From Octopus vulgaris (taxonomy: Eukaryota), in contig OX597814.1 of the NCBI GenBank assembly GCA_951406725.2, positions 102,362,001 to 102,426,000 on the forward strand: a stretch of DNA of 64,000 nt. Direction: 5' to 3'. This document shows, one piece after another, positions 49,031 through 62,574 of the stretch. The notes below the pieces were generated by a model, which was not told where the DNA came from, made no database searches, and was given only the letters and a program-made list of their open reading frames with translations. The position numbers and the translations under genes were made by a program. The stretch's first letter is position 1. The number at the start of each line of letters is the position of its first letter.

Positions 49031-51671
49031 TTAGTGTATGCCATAAATTATTCATATCTTGTAACTTGTAGAAATAATTATTTTTCTTAGAAAAGCTGAC
49101 AGAAACGTTTCTGCTTAATTTTTTCCCATGCTATATAGGTTGGCTATCAATGCCAAATCAGACATTTCCATAAAGTATTAACACAAATTTAAATTTAATC
49201 AACCATTCAGTAATAAAATGAAAACTGAGCCATTGACAGGTTAATACAGTAGATCTCATGCATTGCATACAGGTTGCATCATAAGGGGTATCTTTGTGCA
49301 CTGCAGATTTTTAAATGCATAATATATTGCTTTAGAAATCCATACAAATGCTTGTATGACTGTCTTGAAAAATATATTAGTCATAATTTTGCTGTATGCA
49401 TGTATGACTAATAAAACTTAGGTAAGCATTAGCTTTATTTTTTTTTGTCAACATTTTAAAATTTTAGGCTAAACTTTTTTTTTCATTCTCCATGTGAAAT
49501 TTACCAGTGATTTTCTTATTTGATCTCTAGTGCTCTACCAAGTCAAAAAGACTAGAAATCAGTGGGTTAAAAACTCTTTTATCTTTTATCTGTTTCAGTC
49601 ATTTGACTGTGGCCATGCTGGATACCACCTTAAAGTGTTTTAAGTCAAATTGACCCTAGTACTTATTTTTTAAAAGTTTGACACTTAATCTATTGGGTCT
49701 TTTTTGCCAAACTGCTAGGTTACAGATAAACAAATCAACACCAGTCGTCATGCAGTAAGGGAACAGACACAAACACACACAAACAAACAAAACATGCTTC
49801 TTTCAATTTCCATGTACCAAATCTACTCACAAGTCTTTGGTTGACCCAGAGTTATAGTAGAAAACACTTGCTCAAAGTGCCACACAGTGGGACTGAACCC
49901 AGAACCATGTGGCTGGGAAGCAATCTTGTTAACGCACAACCTAACTGAAAATGGATTTGTGTCCATTAGCTGTCACTGTCAGTCTATGTCTTCTGTCTTG
50001 CTTTTCAGGCAGCAGAGCAATTAAGAAACCATGTACTGGTGGTGATACAGTGACAAATTAACAAGAAGTTAATGTGTACTTTTGTAGTTTACAATAACGC
50101 AGCAAGTGTTCACCCAGTACAATCTTTTGGTGTTAAGAAGGACATCCAGCTGTTGAAGCCATGCTCAAAGCAGACATTGGAGCTTGGCACAGTGCTCTGG
50201 TTTGTCACCTCCTGACAAACTGTCCAACCTATACCAGCATACAAAATGAATGTTAAATGCTGATGGTGATGGTGGTGGCTTGGATTGACCAGAGATGATA
50301 GTAGAAGCCTACACAAGATGCCGCATGAGAAAACTAAATCACAAATCCAGGTGATAGCAAAGCAAACTTCTTAACCACATAGCCATGCTTGCTTGTGAGC
50401 AGTGAAGTCAGAGTTGTACTGATAGGTAAATGAGTGAATAGTACATATTCTCAGAGCAAAATGCTGTTATTGTGGTGAAGTTAAAACTTCTATTCTTTTA
50501 TAAACATTTCAAAAGCAGAATAAATGGGTTTGCAATGAAGAAGAAGGATCCTTTGTACCGTTTGTAATGTAATATAATGAAAATGTTCAATTATAAACTA
50601 ACACAGAATGAGTTTTATTAAACAAAGTTAACATTTAATGCTTAAATGGAAAAGACAATATGAAATACTTGTCAGGTGCTTTGGAATAAGACTGGATAAT
50701 CAGGTTATACTTTAGCATACAAGGCGCACAAATATACCCCACTCACCCCCACTCTCTCTCACACACACACACTCACACATACACATAGAACAATAGAAAC
50801 TTCCTCCATATCTACTGTAAATTATATAATTTACTCTCTATTGTTTTTATTTAAATTCAGTGTCTCAAGTTTTCTCATTAAAAGTCTGCTTCAGTTTTAA
50901 TAAATTGGTTTCTAATTAAATTTGCAGTCATTTAGTTCATCTTTTGCACCAATTGCACTGGAATGCATTTGCACTGTTGAATGGTGCTAAGCTCCCCAGT
51001 AAGCCATGTTGCACAATGTGCAGTGGTTTAATTGGTTTCAATAACCAGTTTAAACCATTGCATGTAATACAATTCTAAGTGGTTAAAACAGTGGAAACTT
51101 CTCATTTACAATTTATGTAATTAATTAATGATAGTTAGTAGCTAGGAATGGAGTGATAGAAGTAGCAGTTTTGTGAACTACTACACGCAATGGAAATGAA
51201 AGGTTTTTTTTTCTTAAAACAGATTAGCTACAGTATAGAGTACATGCATACATCTGTCTGTTTGTCTGTCTATCCATCTCTCCTTCCCCCCCTCTCTCTC
51301 TCCCTCTCCGGCACCTTGGGTAAGTGTCTTCTACTATATAGCCTCAGGCTGGCCAAAGCCTTGTGAGTGGAGTTGGTAAGCGGAAACTGAAAGAAGCCCA
51401 TCGTTTGTGTGTATATATATATATATATATATATGAATGTTTGTGTATCTATCTTTATCTCCCCCCACTGTTGCTTGACAACTGATGTTAGTGTGTTTCC
51501 ATCCCTGTAACTTAGCGGTTTGGCGAAAGAGACTGATAGAATAAATACTAGGCTTACAAAGAATAAATTCTGGGATTGATTTGTTTGACTAAAGGCAGTG
51601 CTCCAGCATGGTCACAGTCAAATGACTGAAACAAGTAAAAGAATATACGCACCAAAATGAGCCAATCTTTA

Positions 51672-51841
51672 TTTCTTGCAAACCTCTTCTTCCTGCTTTA
51701 ATGCCTGGTCATTTTCTTTATTTATGCCTTTGATTTTATGTTTTGCATCCAGTCACACTAGATTTTCTACAGTCACAACCAAAATTTCTATTGCAATAAC
51801 ATCACATTTTTATCTATTTATGTGTGTGTGTGCATGTGCAC

Positions 51842-51888
<47 letters not shown>

Positions 51889-52253
51889 AAAATGTGATGT
51901 TATTGCTATAGAAATTTTGGTTGCGACTATAGAAAATCTAGTGTGACTAGATGCAAAACACAAATGAAAGGAGTAAATATAAAGAAAATGTCCTGGCATT
52001 AGCCCTTTCAATACCAACCCGGCTGAAATCAGCTCTGGCTCTGAGTTCAAATGTCTTGTTTCCATAAGTTTTGAATTAAAATCTTCCACCAAACCTTAGT
52101 CACAGTTTATGTTCCAGACGCTAGCTTAATGATAACTAAGTTATTTTACAAAATTCTTCGTTATATTTAAAATTAATTGAAAGAAACACAGAGCATCTCA
52201 ACAGAAATATGGTAACAAAAGGGTTAAAGCAGGAAGAAGATGTATGCAAGAAA
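51672..52253. repeat. Fold-back element (~150-bp arms around a TG/CA core) whose right arm is interrupted by a TTAA MITE (51998-52227)
   Basis: 51672-51817 is the reverse complement of 51882-52000 plus 52224-52253. Confidence 0.88.
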
Positions 52254-52575
52254 GAAAAGATGTTACAAATTCTGTAGCCCCAGGTCATGTACATAGTATG
52301 TCAAAAAGCTAGGTAATGTCTACAGATCTATTACATCCTCTCCACTGCCTAGTCTGTGGAGGATTTGGTTGAAGTACATTAGTTACTGCTGTGTTGCACC
52401 TATCATTAATGGTATGCATCACAGCACAGTATTTGAGGCTAATGAGCATATTGATGTTTTCTGTATATGTCATTTTGTTTGCTTTCAGTGAATGGGAGAG
52501 ATTGTACTATAATAGTATCTGGAGTGTAGTAGACATACCAGATCTTTTCGATTGCTATCACATTTGGAAATTTTT

Positions 52576-53176
52576 TAATTATTTAGGTAGTAAAATAATG
52601 TTTTCAGGTGGCACTGATGAAGATATTAAGACAAGAATAAGTAAGGCAAGGACTGCTTTTCACCTGTTAAAGAAAGTATGGAGCGCAAGTGTAATTTCAA
52701 TAAAGAATAAAATAAGAATTTTTAACACTAACGTAAAAGCGGTGTTATTGTATAGGGCTGAGACATGGCGAACAGCAGTTAAGTCAAATAAGCAAATACA
52801 ATCATTCATTGACAGATTCTTGCATAGTATACTTAAAATTAGATAGCCTGAACGCATAAGCAATATGGAGCTATGGCAAAGAACAAATGAAGTTTCGATA
52901 AGGGAGCAAATATTTAAGAAAAAGTGGAAGTGGATTGGTAGCAGAATTAGAAAAGACACACCAAATGTAGCGAAAAGTGCTTTACAGTGGAAACTGGATG
53001 GATATAGAAGGAAAGGTAGGCCTTAGAACTCGTGGTGGAGATCAACACAAAAGGAACTAGAGAAAGGGGGGCATTCATGGCAGAGTATAAGTACAGAAGT
53101 GAAAAATTATGCAACATGGAATTCAACTATAAGTGGCCTATACTCCGCATTGGAGGGTTAAAGGCATAAAGAAGAA
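52576..53176 (+). mobile_element. RTE LINE 3' fragment
   Basis: FNYLGS....GGTDEDIKTRISKARTAF..LKKVW...KIRIFNTNVKAVLLY.AETW, KWKWIG, G.RRKGRP. Possible TSD GAAATTTTT at 52567-52575 and 53174-53182. Confidence 0.9.
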
Positions 53177-54634
53177 ATTTTTCAAATTTTGTGCAATCAT
53201 GTAATTTTTCACATTCTGAATCTGAATTTGGGATTCATTTATTTCCATAAGAATTTAGAAAAATGTTACAGTGGTTCAAAGTTTTATCATTTTCAGTCCA
53301 ATCAGAAAACAGGAATCAGAAGCCATACTCTTTTACTCTTTACTTTTTTACTTGTTTCAGTCATTTGACTGCGGCCATGCTGGAGCACCGTCTTTAGTCG
53401 AGCAAATTGACCCCGGTACTTATTCTTTGTAAGCCCAGTACTTATTCTATCTGTCACTTTTGCCGAACTGCTAAGTGATGGGAACATAAACACACCAGCA
53501 TCGGTTGTCAAGCAATGCTAGGGGGACAAACACAGACACACAAACATATACACACACATACATATATATATATACATATATACGACAGGCTTCTTTCAGT
53601 TTCCATCTACCAAATCCACTCACAAGGCTTTGGTCGGCCTGAGGCTATAGCAGAAGACATTTGCCCAAGGTGCCACGCAGTGGGACTGAACCCGGAACCA
53701 TGTGGTTGGTTAGCAAGCTACTTACCACACAGCCACTCCTGCGCCATGCGTTTTCTTTGTGATAACTGTATCACAAAATGACAGGGAGAAATAACATTGG
53801 CACAAAATGATATTGCTCAACAAAACTTGTGATGGTGGTTGCAGTGGTGAAAGTGTCACAGTCATGTTAAGTGCAGCATTCTTGTTCCAATGACTTCAGT
53901 TGTGCTTGTTACTGTCGAAACAGACACCAATATGAGATTCGTGGTTATTTATTGTGGTGGCTTTTGACTGGCTAAAATTACCCAAAATTTGCAAACTTTG
54001 AAAGCTATTAACTTTTTACTTACTAATTTACGGCACAATTAAATTTCATTTTTATGATTAACATACAAAACTAAATTGGTTTACCAATTCTGTAAACAAA
54101 TGGAGCAAAATTGGAAAAATACAAAATTTGTGACAGCAACTGTAAAGATCCAATATGCCTGCATGTTTGGAGCATGCAAAACTTTTCCCCTCATTCAGTT
54201 ATTTTTATTTTTATTTTTATTTTTATTTTTATTTTTATTTTGTTGTGTAGGTCATAGGCAAACTACAGTCTGCAATACTTTCTGAATGGCACACCTAACA
54301 AAGAAATTGTCTTGAATTTTTATTGTAATGTGGCCAACCTGATAATGAGTCATGACAAATGTCACCTGATTCTCACAAATGGTTGCTCCTGTCTGGTTTA
54401 TCGTGTAGCTGTGTGCAGCTTGTGAGAATGCAAAGTGTGCTGTTCATGTTCATTGCAATTTATTGTGATTTGTAGTGAAGAGATTGGAGATCCAGGCAGG
54501 GCTAGTATAATCCATAATGGATAATCATCACCATTTAACATCCATTGTCCGTGCTGGCATAGGTTGGACAGTTTGACATGAAGCTGGCCAGGTGGGAACT
54601 GTCCTGGCTCCAAATGTCTGTTGAGGTATGGTTT

Positions 54635-54872
54635 CTTATTTCTTTATTGCCCACAAGGGGCTAAACATAGAGGGGACAAACAAGAACAAACAAACGGATT
54701 AAGTCGATTATATCGACCCCAAGTGTGTAACTGGTACTTAATTTATCGACCCTGAAAGGATGAAAGGCAAAGTCGACCTTGGCAGAATTTGAACTCAGAA
54801 TGCAGCAGCGGACGAAATACTACAAAGCATTTCGCCTGGCATGCTAACGTTTCTGCCAGCTCACCACCTTAA
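54635..54872 (-). mobile_element. SINE-B inserted into a family-D repeat, 19-bp TSD
   Basis: CTGTTGAGGTATGGTTTCT at 54618-54636 and 54875-54893. Confidence 0.9.
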
Positions 54873-57291
54873 ACCTGTTGAGGTATGGTTTCTATGGCAG
54901 GATGCCCTTCCTAGAGCCAAACTGTAACAGAGTGTGCTGGGTGCTTTTTACATGCCACCAACATAGGTGCATTTAGGGAGCACTGGCACCTTTAACGGAT
55001 GTCTTGTGCTATTTGTAGTTTCTTTTTGTTGACGAAATATGTTAGTAGTGATTGTTCTACATATGTTTGTACCTCGTTTTGCTTTCTTTCCAATATCATC
55101 TATATATTCTCTGAATGTTGTAATGGTATAATGTCAGCAGCAGCATCGTTTATTGTCTGCTTTCCATGCTGGCATGGGTTGGACGGTTTGACTGAGGCTG
55201 CACCAGACTCCAATCTGCTCTGGAAAAGTTTCTACAGCTGGATGCCCTTCCTAATGCCAACCACTCCAAGAGTGTAGTGGGTGCTTTTAACATGCCACTG
55301 ACACGGGGAGGGGGCAGTGAGGCAGCACTGGCATTGATCATGCTTGAATGGTGCCTTTTACATGCCACCGGCACAGGAGCCAGTCAAGAGGCGCTGGCAT
55401 CAACCACACTTGAATGGTGCTTTTTACATGCCAAATTAATCATGCATTATCTTGTAGCTTTAAAATTTCGATGATGAGATTGCTTATTTTTACAGTGACA
55501 TTACAGGGTGAGTGTGAGAGGCCTGATGTGGCCAATTTAAGCATATGACAGGTAGAATATTTTGACCAGATATGATCAGTTTAAATGCTAATGTCTTTTT
55601 AATATGTGGCATGTCTCTGCTGTTGAGTGTAATGGTTTATTGTTTTTGATGTTCTCTGATGTTGCTGTTAAGAAAAATGCCCATAGGTTTGACTAGTATT
55701 TATTTAAGTCTTTTGCTTTGGAACCAGGTTACTGGCCATATCCAGCCAAAATAATCTACCTCTATTATCTTCAAATCAGCCAGATCCAGTCTCTCTCAAT
55801 TATCCTACAATATTATTTCAAAATAAACAATTACATCATTGAAATCTGAAAGCCACAAGGTAATGTGGGGTTAATTCATATCAATGTGAATAAATAACCA
55901 TTACATTTGATGGAGAAACTGAATGCTTAAAAGGTTATTGCAGGGTTGGCAAAATTGTGTCTGGAAAATGATAGGAAGATGAATGTGATGTCATCTCTGT
56001 ATGAAGCTGTGTTGTTGCTTGACCTGCTAGTAAAAATCACTAGCCAAATATAGTTCATGCTACCATTTCATAAATAGATGAGTATACTGGATAAGTTAAC
56101 CGTTTAACATTTAAACCAGCCATATCTAGCCAAATATTCAACCAGTTTTATGTGCAAGCTGACCAGATCTTGCCTATCACACCTACCCTACAATGTTGTT
56201 CTAAAAAATAAACAATCAAATTATCAAAATTTCAAAGTTATGAGATTAAACATGATTAATTCAAAACAATGCGAATAAATATTAAATTTGCCTGAGTAAT
56301 ATGAATGTTAAAGGGTTACACCTCAATGTAGGAAAAGAAGGCAGTGAAATCCTGTCTTGAATGCCTACAGAACAATGAAAATTCAATATATTGCAAGGTG
56401 CTGTGAGTTTAAAATGGAAATGACTCATAACAGAGACAGACCAATGAAAGGCTTTGGGGAAGGGTAATCCAAATAGGCCTCAAAGAAGATCTCACAGAAG
56501 AGCTGATAGAAGATTATGAATTGTATCACAGACAAACCTGGGCACCAAACTGTTAGTCGTTAATTAACATTGTTAGCATTTTCGTTAACAATTTAACGTT
56601 TAAGTTAATTTTGGAAATCATTATTGGACTAATTAACTTTCGTTAACGCAAGTCAACTTGAGTTAACTTCCATTAACTTCATTTGAATTCTGTATTTATT
56701 TATTTAATTATTTATTTATTTGCGCATTTTTTTTTTTTTTTTTTTTTTTTCCTTTGCAGGTGAGAAAATTTCCCTTATTATTTTTCTGTTGATATATTTG
56801 CAAAATGTAAGTATGAAACATTTTAAACTTAGAGAGGCAAGTAGTTTATGTAATGTTGAACTATAATAAAAGCCGTGTGTGTGTGCATGCAAGCGCACGC
56901 ATGGCTGTTGCTATTTAGCCCCAATTCAGTGCAAAGTATTTAAACTAGGACCATTCATCTTTCTCTCTGTAATATTGTAACCTGGTCTTCATTAACCATT
57001 ATGTACATTTGTTGTGATGACTGGATTTGACTTCAATTTTTAGCAAATTAAGCACCAAAGTAGTAGTTCCCTTGAGGGAGTATATACAGTGTATGTTTAA
57101 AAATAATATTTTCTCTGTAAATCAAATCTGAGACTCAATTTTAATACTTATTTGGAACCATTATCCTTCACTGAATTGTAGGGATTAATGCATAAATGAC
57201 ACAGCCCATGTATCCTGATTGCCAGAAGAAAATATATAAGAAGTATTAAGCTGATAACATTTGATTTTTGATCTACCTGCTTGAAATAAAT

Positions 57292-57366
57292 TATATATGT
57301 ACACATTCATACATATATGTACACATTCATACATATATGTACACATTCATACATATATGTACACAT
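57292..57366. repeat. 20-bp minisatellite (ACATATATGTACACATTCAT) x3+
   Basis: Exact tandem units visible. Confidence 0.9.
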
Positions 57367-57464
57367 GTGTGTGTGTGTGTGTATACACACATACACACAC
57401 ATGCACGCATGCACACACACACACACACATGCACGCATGCACACACACACACACACACACACAT

Positions 57465-58385
57465 AGTGAAACGTGTGGTCGAGCATTGTCATGAAGAATG
57501 ATTGGCCCTCTTTTGTTGACCAGTCTGTGATGGAGGAGAAGCAGTTTTTCATTCATTTTGGCAATTTCATGGCAATACATTTCTGCAGTAATGGTTTTTC
57601 TGGATTTTAAGAAGTTAGAGTGGATGAGTCCAGCAGTACACCACCAAACAGTTACCATAATCTTCTTTCTGAAGAGCTTGAGTTTAGGGAAGGTTTCCGT
57701 TACTTCATTTTGGTCCAACCACTGTGTACAGAATCCACTTTTGATCGCAAGTTCAATACAGTCAAGAAATGGACCGGTCTGATTACAGGGAAGAAGTGAC
57801 GAGTAAAATTTCTATATGTGCATTTTCTAATTTTCATTCAAATCATGTGGTACCCATTTGTTGAGCTTTTTTTGATTTTCCAATCCCATGCAAATGGTTG
57901 CAGACAATTTTCTGGCTAACTTAAAGTTCTTTTACCAGTTCTTGAGTGGTTTTACGTGGATCTTTCACAATGATGGTCTTTAATTGACCATCATCAATGA
58001 CAGATGGGTGTCCACTACACTTATGATCTTCAAGGCTCAGGTCTCCATTACGAAATCATTTAAGCCATTTTTGAGCTGACCGTTCACTGGTCATTTCCTC
58101 ACCAAACGTTTTGTTGATATCACAAGCAGTTTCAGCTGCTTTATGGCCTTTTTTGAAGTTGAATAGCAAAATTGCTTGAATATCGCGCTTTCATAGTTCC
58201 GTTTCAGATTATTGTAACAACGGTGAAAAAAAATATCAGTTAATTTATTGATGCATTTGAGCAAGTCTATGTCTGTTTTATTAGACAATTGCAAAAAAAT
58301 GTTTAAAAAAATTCAAAACTCTGGAAAAATCTGCTACAAAGTCTTCATGGTTCAAAACCTTGCTTACTTTTCACTCAACCTGATA
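57465..58385 (-). mobile_element. mariner (Hsmar1/Mos1-like) element, 3'-truncated
   Basis: KKIMVTVWWCTAGLIH..FL...TITAEMYC......KL......LVNKRGPIILHDNARPHV. 5' TIR-like TATCAGGTTGAGTGAAAAGTAAG at ~58363-58385. Confidence 0.9.
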
Positions 58386-59022
58386 CAATTATTGTTTATT
58401 TTTATTAACAAATATTATTCTTGAAACAAATCTGTTTTTGAAGTTTTATGATGAATGATTGAGTACTTACTATAACATACAATCCTTCATAGCTTAGCAG
58501 ATTAGAAGCTGAAAAAATATGCCCATAAAATGTTGTTGATTTTTATTGAAGTAGTAATAGTAGCAGCAGCAGCACAGTCATTGTAGTAGTAGTAGTAGTG
58601 CAACTAATTTCTGAGCTAGATAATCTCAAGTCTGCAGATTTCCTATAAATCTCCTCAGCTTAAATCTATTCCCCTCAAGGTTCCAAAATCTTTAACTATC
58701 TGACCACTCCTATCTCCAAGAGCTTATCACTTACAAGCAGTGAGAAATATCTAAGAATGCATTACTAATTACATCCTTTTTATCATTGTTCACCTCTCTC
58801 TCTCTCCCTCTCTCATATATATACTCTCTTCCTCTTTTACTTGATTCAGTCATTTGACTGCAGCCATGCTGGAGTACCACCTTTAGTCAAACAAATCAAC
58901 CCCAGGACTTATCCCTTGTAAGCCTAGGACTTATTCTATCAGTCTCTTTTGCCGAACTGCTAAGTTACAGAGACATAAACACACCAACATCAGTATCAAG
59001 CGATGGTGGGAGGACAAACACA

Positions 59023-59064
<42 letters not shown>

Positions 59065-61059
59065 ACAGGCCTCTTTCAGTTTCCATCAACCAAATCCACT
59101 CATAAGGCTTTGATTGGCCTGGGGCTATAATAGAAGACATTTGCCCAAGGTGTCACGCAGTGGGACTGAACCCAGAACCACTTATATATATATATATGCA
59201 GTTTGATAGAATCTTATGGGTTTGAAGAGTGCATCATGTTGCCTTTGACATGGTTTGTATGGCTGGATGCCCTTCCTGATGCTAACCCCTTGTCTGTACT
59301 GGATACTTTTTCTTGACATCAGCACTAGCGAAGTTACTAAAATCCCCTTCAACTGAGTGGGACTACAGTTTGGGGGTGGGGGTTGATTTATGCTATAGAA
59401 CAAGGGATTAAAGTATGAGAGCAGAGGCCCAGAAAAAGTGGGGAAAAGAGTATGGGAGTATCAAGGTGGACCCTAAAGATATAAGATGAGTTGCAGATGT
59501 TGACTTGCAAAAGTTTAAATGGAACAGTAACGGCATCAAACTCATTGGTCAAAGAGGGCCTACAAAGATAAGGAGGATTGCTCCTTCCTCTAGACTCAGA
59601 AAGAAAAATTAACAAAAAACATCACCATCACTTTTGATTTTTTTGTGTTTTTGCCATTTCATGATCAACAAAACATTGATATTACATGAATGCTGAAAAT
59701 AATAATCACTCCTAAATAGCTATGAAGAATAATGTATTCATAGGTGCAGGCTGTGGCTGTGTAGTAAGAAGCTTGCTTCCCACCACATGGTTCCGGGTTC
59801 AGTTCCACTATGTGGCACCTTTGACAAATGTCTTCTACTATAGCCTCGGGCTAACCAAAGCCTTGTGAGTGGATTTGGTAGACAGAAACTGAAAGAAGCC
59901 AGTTGTATATATATGTATATATTTGTATGTTAGTGTCTGTCTTTGCCCCCCCCCCACACTACCTATTTCTTTACTACCCATAAGGGGCTAAACACAGAGG
60001 GGACAAACAAGGACAGACAAATGGATTAAGTCAATTACATCGACCCAAGCGCGTAACTGGTACTGAAAGGATGAAAGGCAAAGTTGACCTTGGCGGAATT
60101 TGAACTCAGAACGTAACGGCAGATGAAATACGGCTACGCATTTCGCCCGGCATGCTAACATTTCTGCCAGCTCACCAGCTTGCCCCCCACTACCACCATC
60201 ACTTGGCAACTGATGGTAGTGTGTTTATACCCCTATGACTTAGCAGTTTGGCAAAAGAGACCAATAGAATAAGTACTAAGCTTACAAAGAATAAGTCCTG
60301 GGGTCGATTTCTTCGACCAAAGCCTTTTGAGGCGGTGCTCCAGCATGGCCACAGTCAAATGACTGAACCGTATAAAAGTATAGTCTTCGTTTTTATCTCA
60401 GTACCCACCCACCCTATTAAATGGTTACTTTTAAATTAGAACATCTGCTACTTATTGAATGTTTTCTCTGCTTCCACTGCTGTGATGATTCATTGCATAC
60501 AGCATTTGCATTCTATTACACTTCTTAATTTATATAAGAAAATAGTAACCTGCAACAAAGTTTGACATATTAGTCATAGAGAATAGATATAACTAGTATT
60601 CTTTATTTTTAGTATATATTTGCTTTTTCTTCATTAGTGAAAAAAAGCTTTAATTCTTTGATAAAAGATTTCATTTTAGGAAGAGTATTTTTAAATTGGA
60701 TTTTGGTGCTGTTATCATTTAATATTTCAAAGTATCATATATTGTTTTAAACAAGAACGTTAAAAGGGAAAAAATTCTAGATAATAGAATGAGTGAAGTA
60801 GTTCTATAGCTTACGTTTTTTTTTTTATTTAGTTTCAGTGAGTATGGTAAATTTTATGGTTCGCTGAGCAGGTCTAGAAATACTAAAACATATACTGAGT
60901 TACCTCCCTTAGCTACTGAAAGCATCAAAAGACCGTCACTGCCTAATTATTTCCAGTTAGCTTTGAGGTTCCTTGCATTAAATTTATTGTTACTAACTTA
61001 CGTATTGATTTGTAGCCACTACACACATTTTTTTTCTCTCCTTGTTTTTTCCTATGTTC

Positions 61060-61095
61060 CTTTCTGTAGAAGAGCGTAGGCTCGAAATGTAAAAG
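61060..61095 (+). ncRNA. Minimal type-I hammerhead ribozyme motif within a ~190-bp element ending in (TA)n (~61005-61190)
   Basis: CTTT-CTGTAGA-A-[GAGC GTAG GCTC]-GAAA-TG-TA-AAAG. Stems I and II pair; deviations are A6>U and stem-III C>T. Confidence 0.7.
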
Positions 61096-61188
61096 ACTTT
61101 TTTTCAATTCCTGAGCATTATACTAATACATCTGTTTGTTTCCTACACCACCTGTCTTTGTCTTTTGTGTTTTTTTCATGAACTCTCC

Positions 61189-61232
<44 letters not shown>

Positions 61233-62097
61233 GTGGCATCTAAGAATAATTCATTGTCTGAATATGCACACACACACACACACACATCTGTTTTATGCAT
61301 GTATGTTTGCATGTATATATGTACATATGTATATCATCATCATCATTCCCATTTAATGTTCATTTTCCATACTGGCATGGGTTGGACTACTGACAGGGGC
61401 CAGTGTGGCAGAGAACTACACCTAGCTCTAATGTCTGCTTTGACAGAGTTTCAATGGTTGGATGCCCTTCCTAACACCAACAACTTTACAGAATCTGCTT
61501 GTTGCTTTTTACATGGCATATGTGTGTATATGAATGTAGAGGATCAAGTAAGTTTCTAAGTTGATTTATATATTTTTACAAGTATAATGCATAGTTAATC
61601 CATGTCACTAAAAGTTTCAAAATCACACCCAAGGTCGTAGAATTCTTTTTAATGAATCTTGGCTCAATTGCGCAGCTGTCTCATTCAATGTGTGATCCAC
61701 TCTGAACAGAAAGGAAGCAATCCATACGTTTGTTTGAGTTATGAGCAGCATTCCAGGAAAAAATATATTAAAGGTCATATTATATTCTTTATCTTAAAAT
61801 TGAATTTGATGAAGGGGAATTTACTTGTGGACAAACCTGCACCTGACATTTGATTTGCTGAAGCAGAGAGCTGGCAGAAACGTTAGCACGCCTAGCAAAA
61901 TGCGTAGCCATATTTCGTCTGCCGTTATGTTCTGAGTTCAAATTGTGCCGATCTTGACTTTGCCTTTCATCCTTTCGGGGTCGATAAATTCAGTGCCAGT
62001 TACGCACTGGGGTTGATGTAATCAACTTAATCCGTTTGTCTGTCCTTGTTTGTCCCCTCTGTGTTTAGCCCCTTGTCGGTAGTAAAGAAATATATAT

Positions 62098-62139
<42 letters not shown>

Positions 62140-62142
<3 letters not shown>

Positions 62143-62513
62143 GAGACCTATTGAGTCAAGTACATCAACATCAAAATAAATATCAAATGGAAATTGTAGT
62201 TGTGATACCTGTGGCGATGGCATGTATAAAGCACCATCCGAACGTGGCTGATGCCAGCACCACCTTGACTGGCTTCTGTGTCGGTGGCACATAAAAAGCA
62301 CCAACCGATCGTGGCCGTTGCCAGCCTCCGCTGGCACAAAAAGCAATCACTACACTCACGGAGTGGTTGGCATTAGGAAGAGCATCCAGCTGTAGGAACA
62401 CTGCCAGATTAGACTTGAGTCTGGTGCAGCCTCCTGGCTTCTTCGACCCCATCGAACTGTCAAACCCATGCTAGCATGGAAAATAGACGTTAAATGATGA
62501 TGATGATGATGAT
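62140..62513 (+). mobile_element. Family-D repeat (SINE or LINE 3' end) with internal GGCAC.TAAAAAGCACC tandem units and (GAT)n tail
   Basis: The GTGGTTGGCATTAGGAAG.GCATCCAGCTGTAG...AACCCATGC.AGCATGGAAAA..GACGTTAAATGATGATG tail recurs at ~21680-21900, 22290-22555, 50110-50275, 54525-54990, 55145-55430, 61335-61520 and 62825-63030. Confidence 0.85.
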
Positions 62514-62529
62514 ATACATATACATACAT

Positions 62530-62574
<45 letters not shown>

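Noticed and set aside
52391-52846. 151-aa ORF as a host gene
   Set aside because: Its C-terminal two-thirds is an RTE LINE fragment; the N-terminal part is incidental open flank.
57292-57366. Regular repeats as a CRISPR array
   Set aside because: Perfect tandem units without spacers, in a eukaryotic context with no cas genes.
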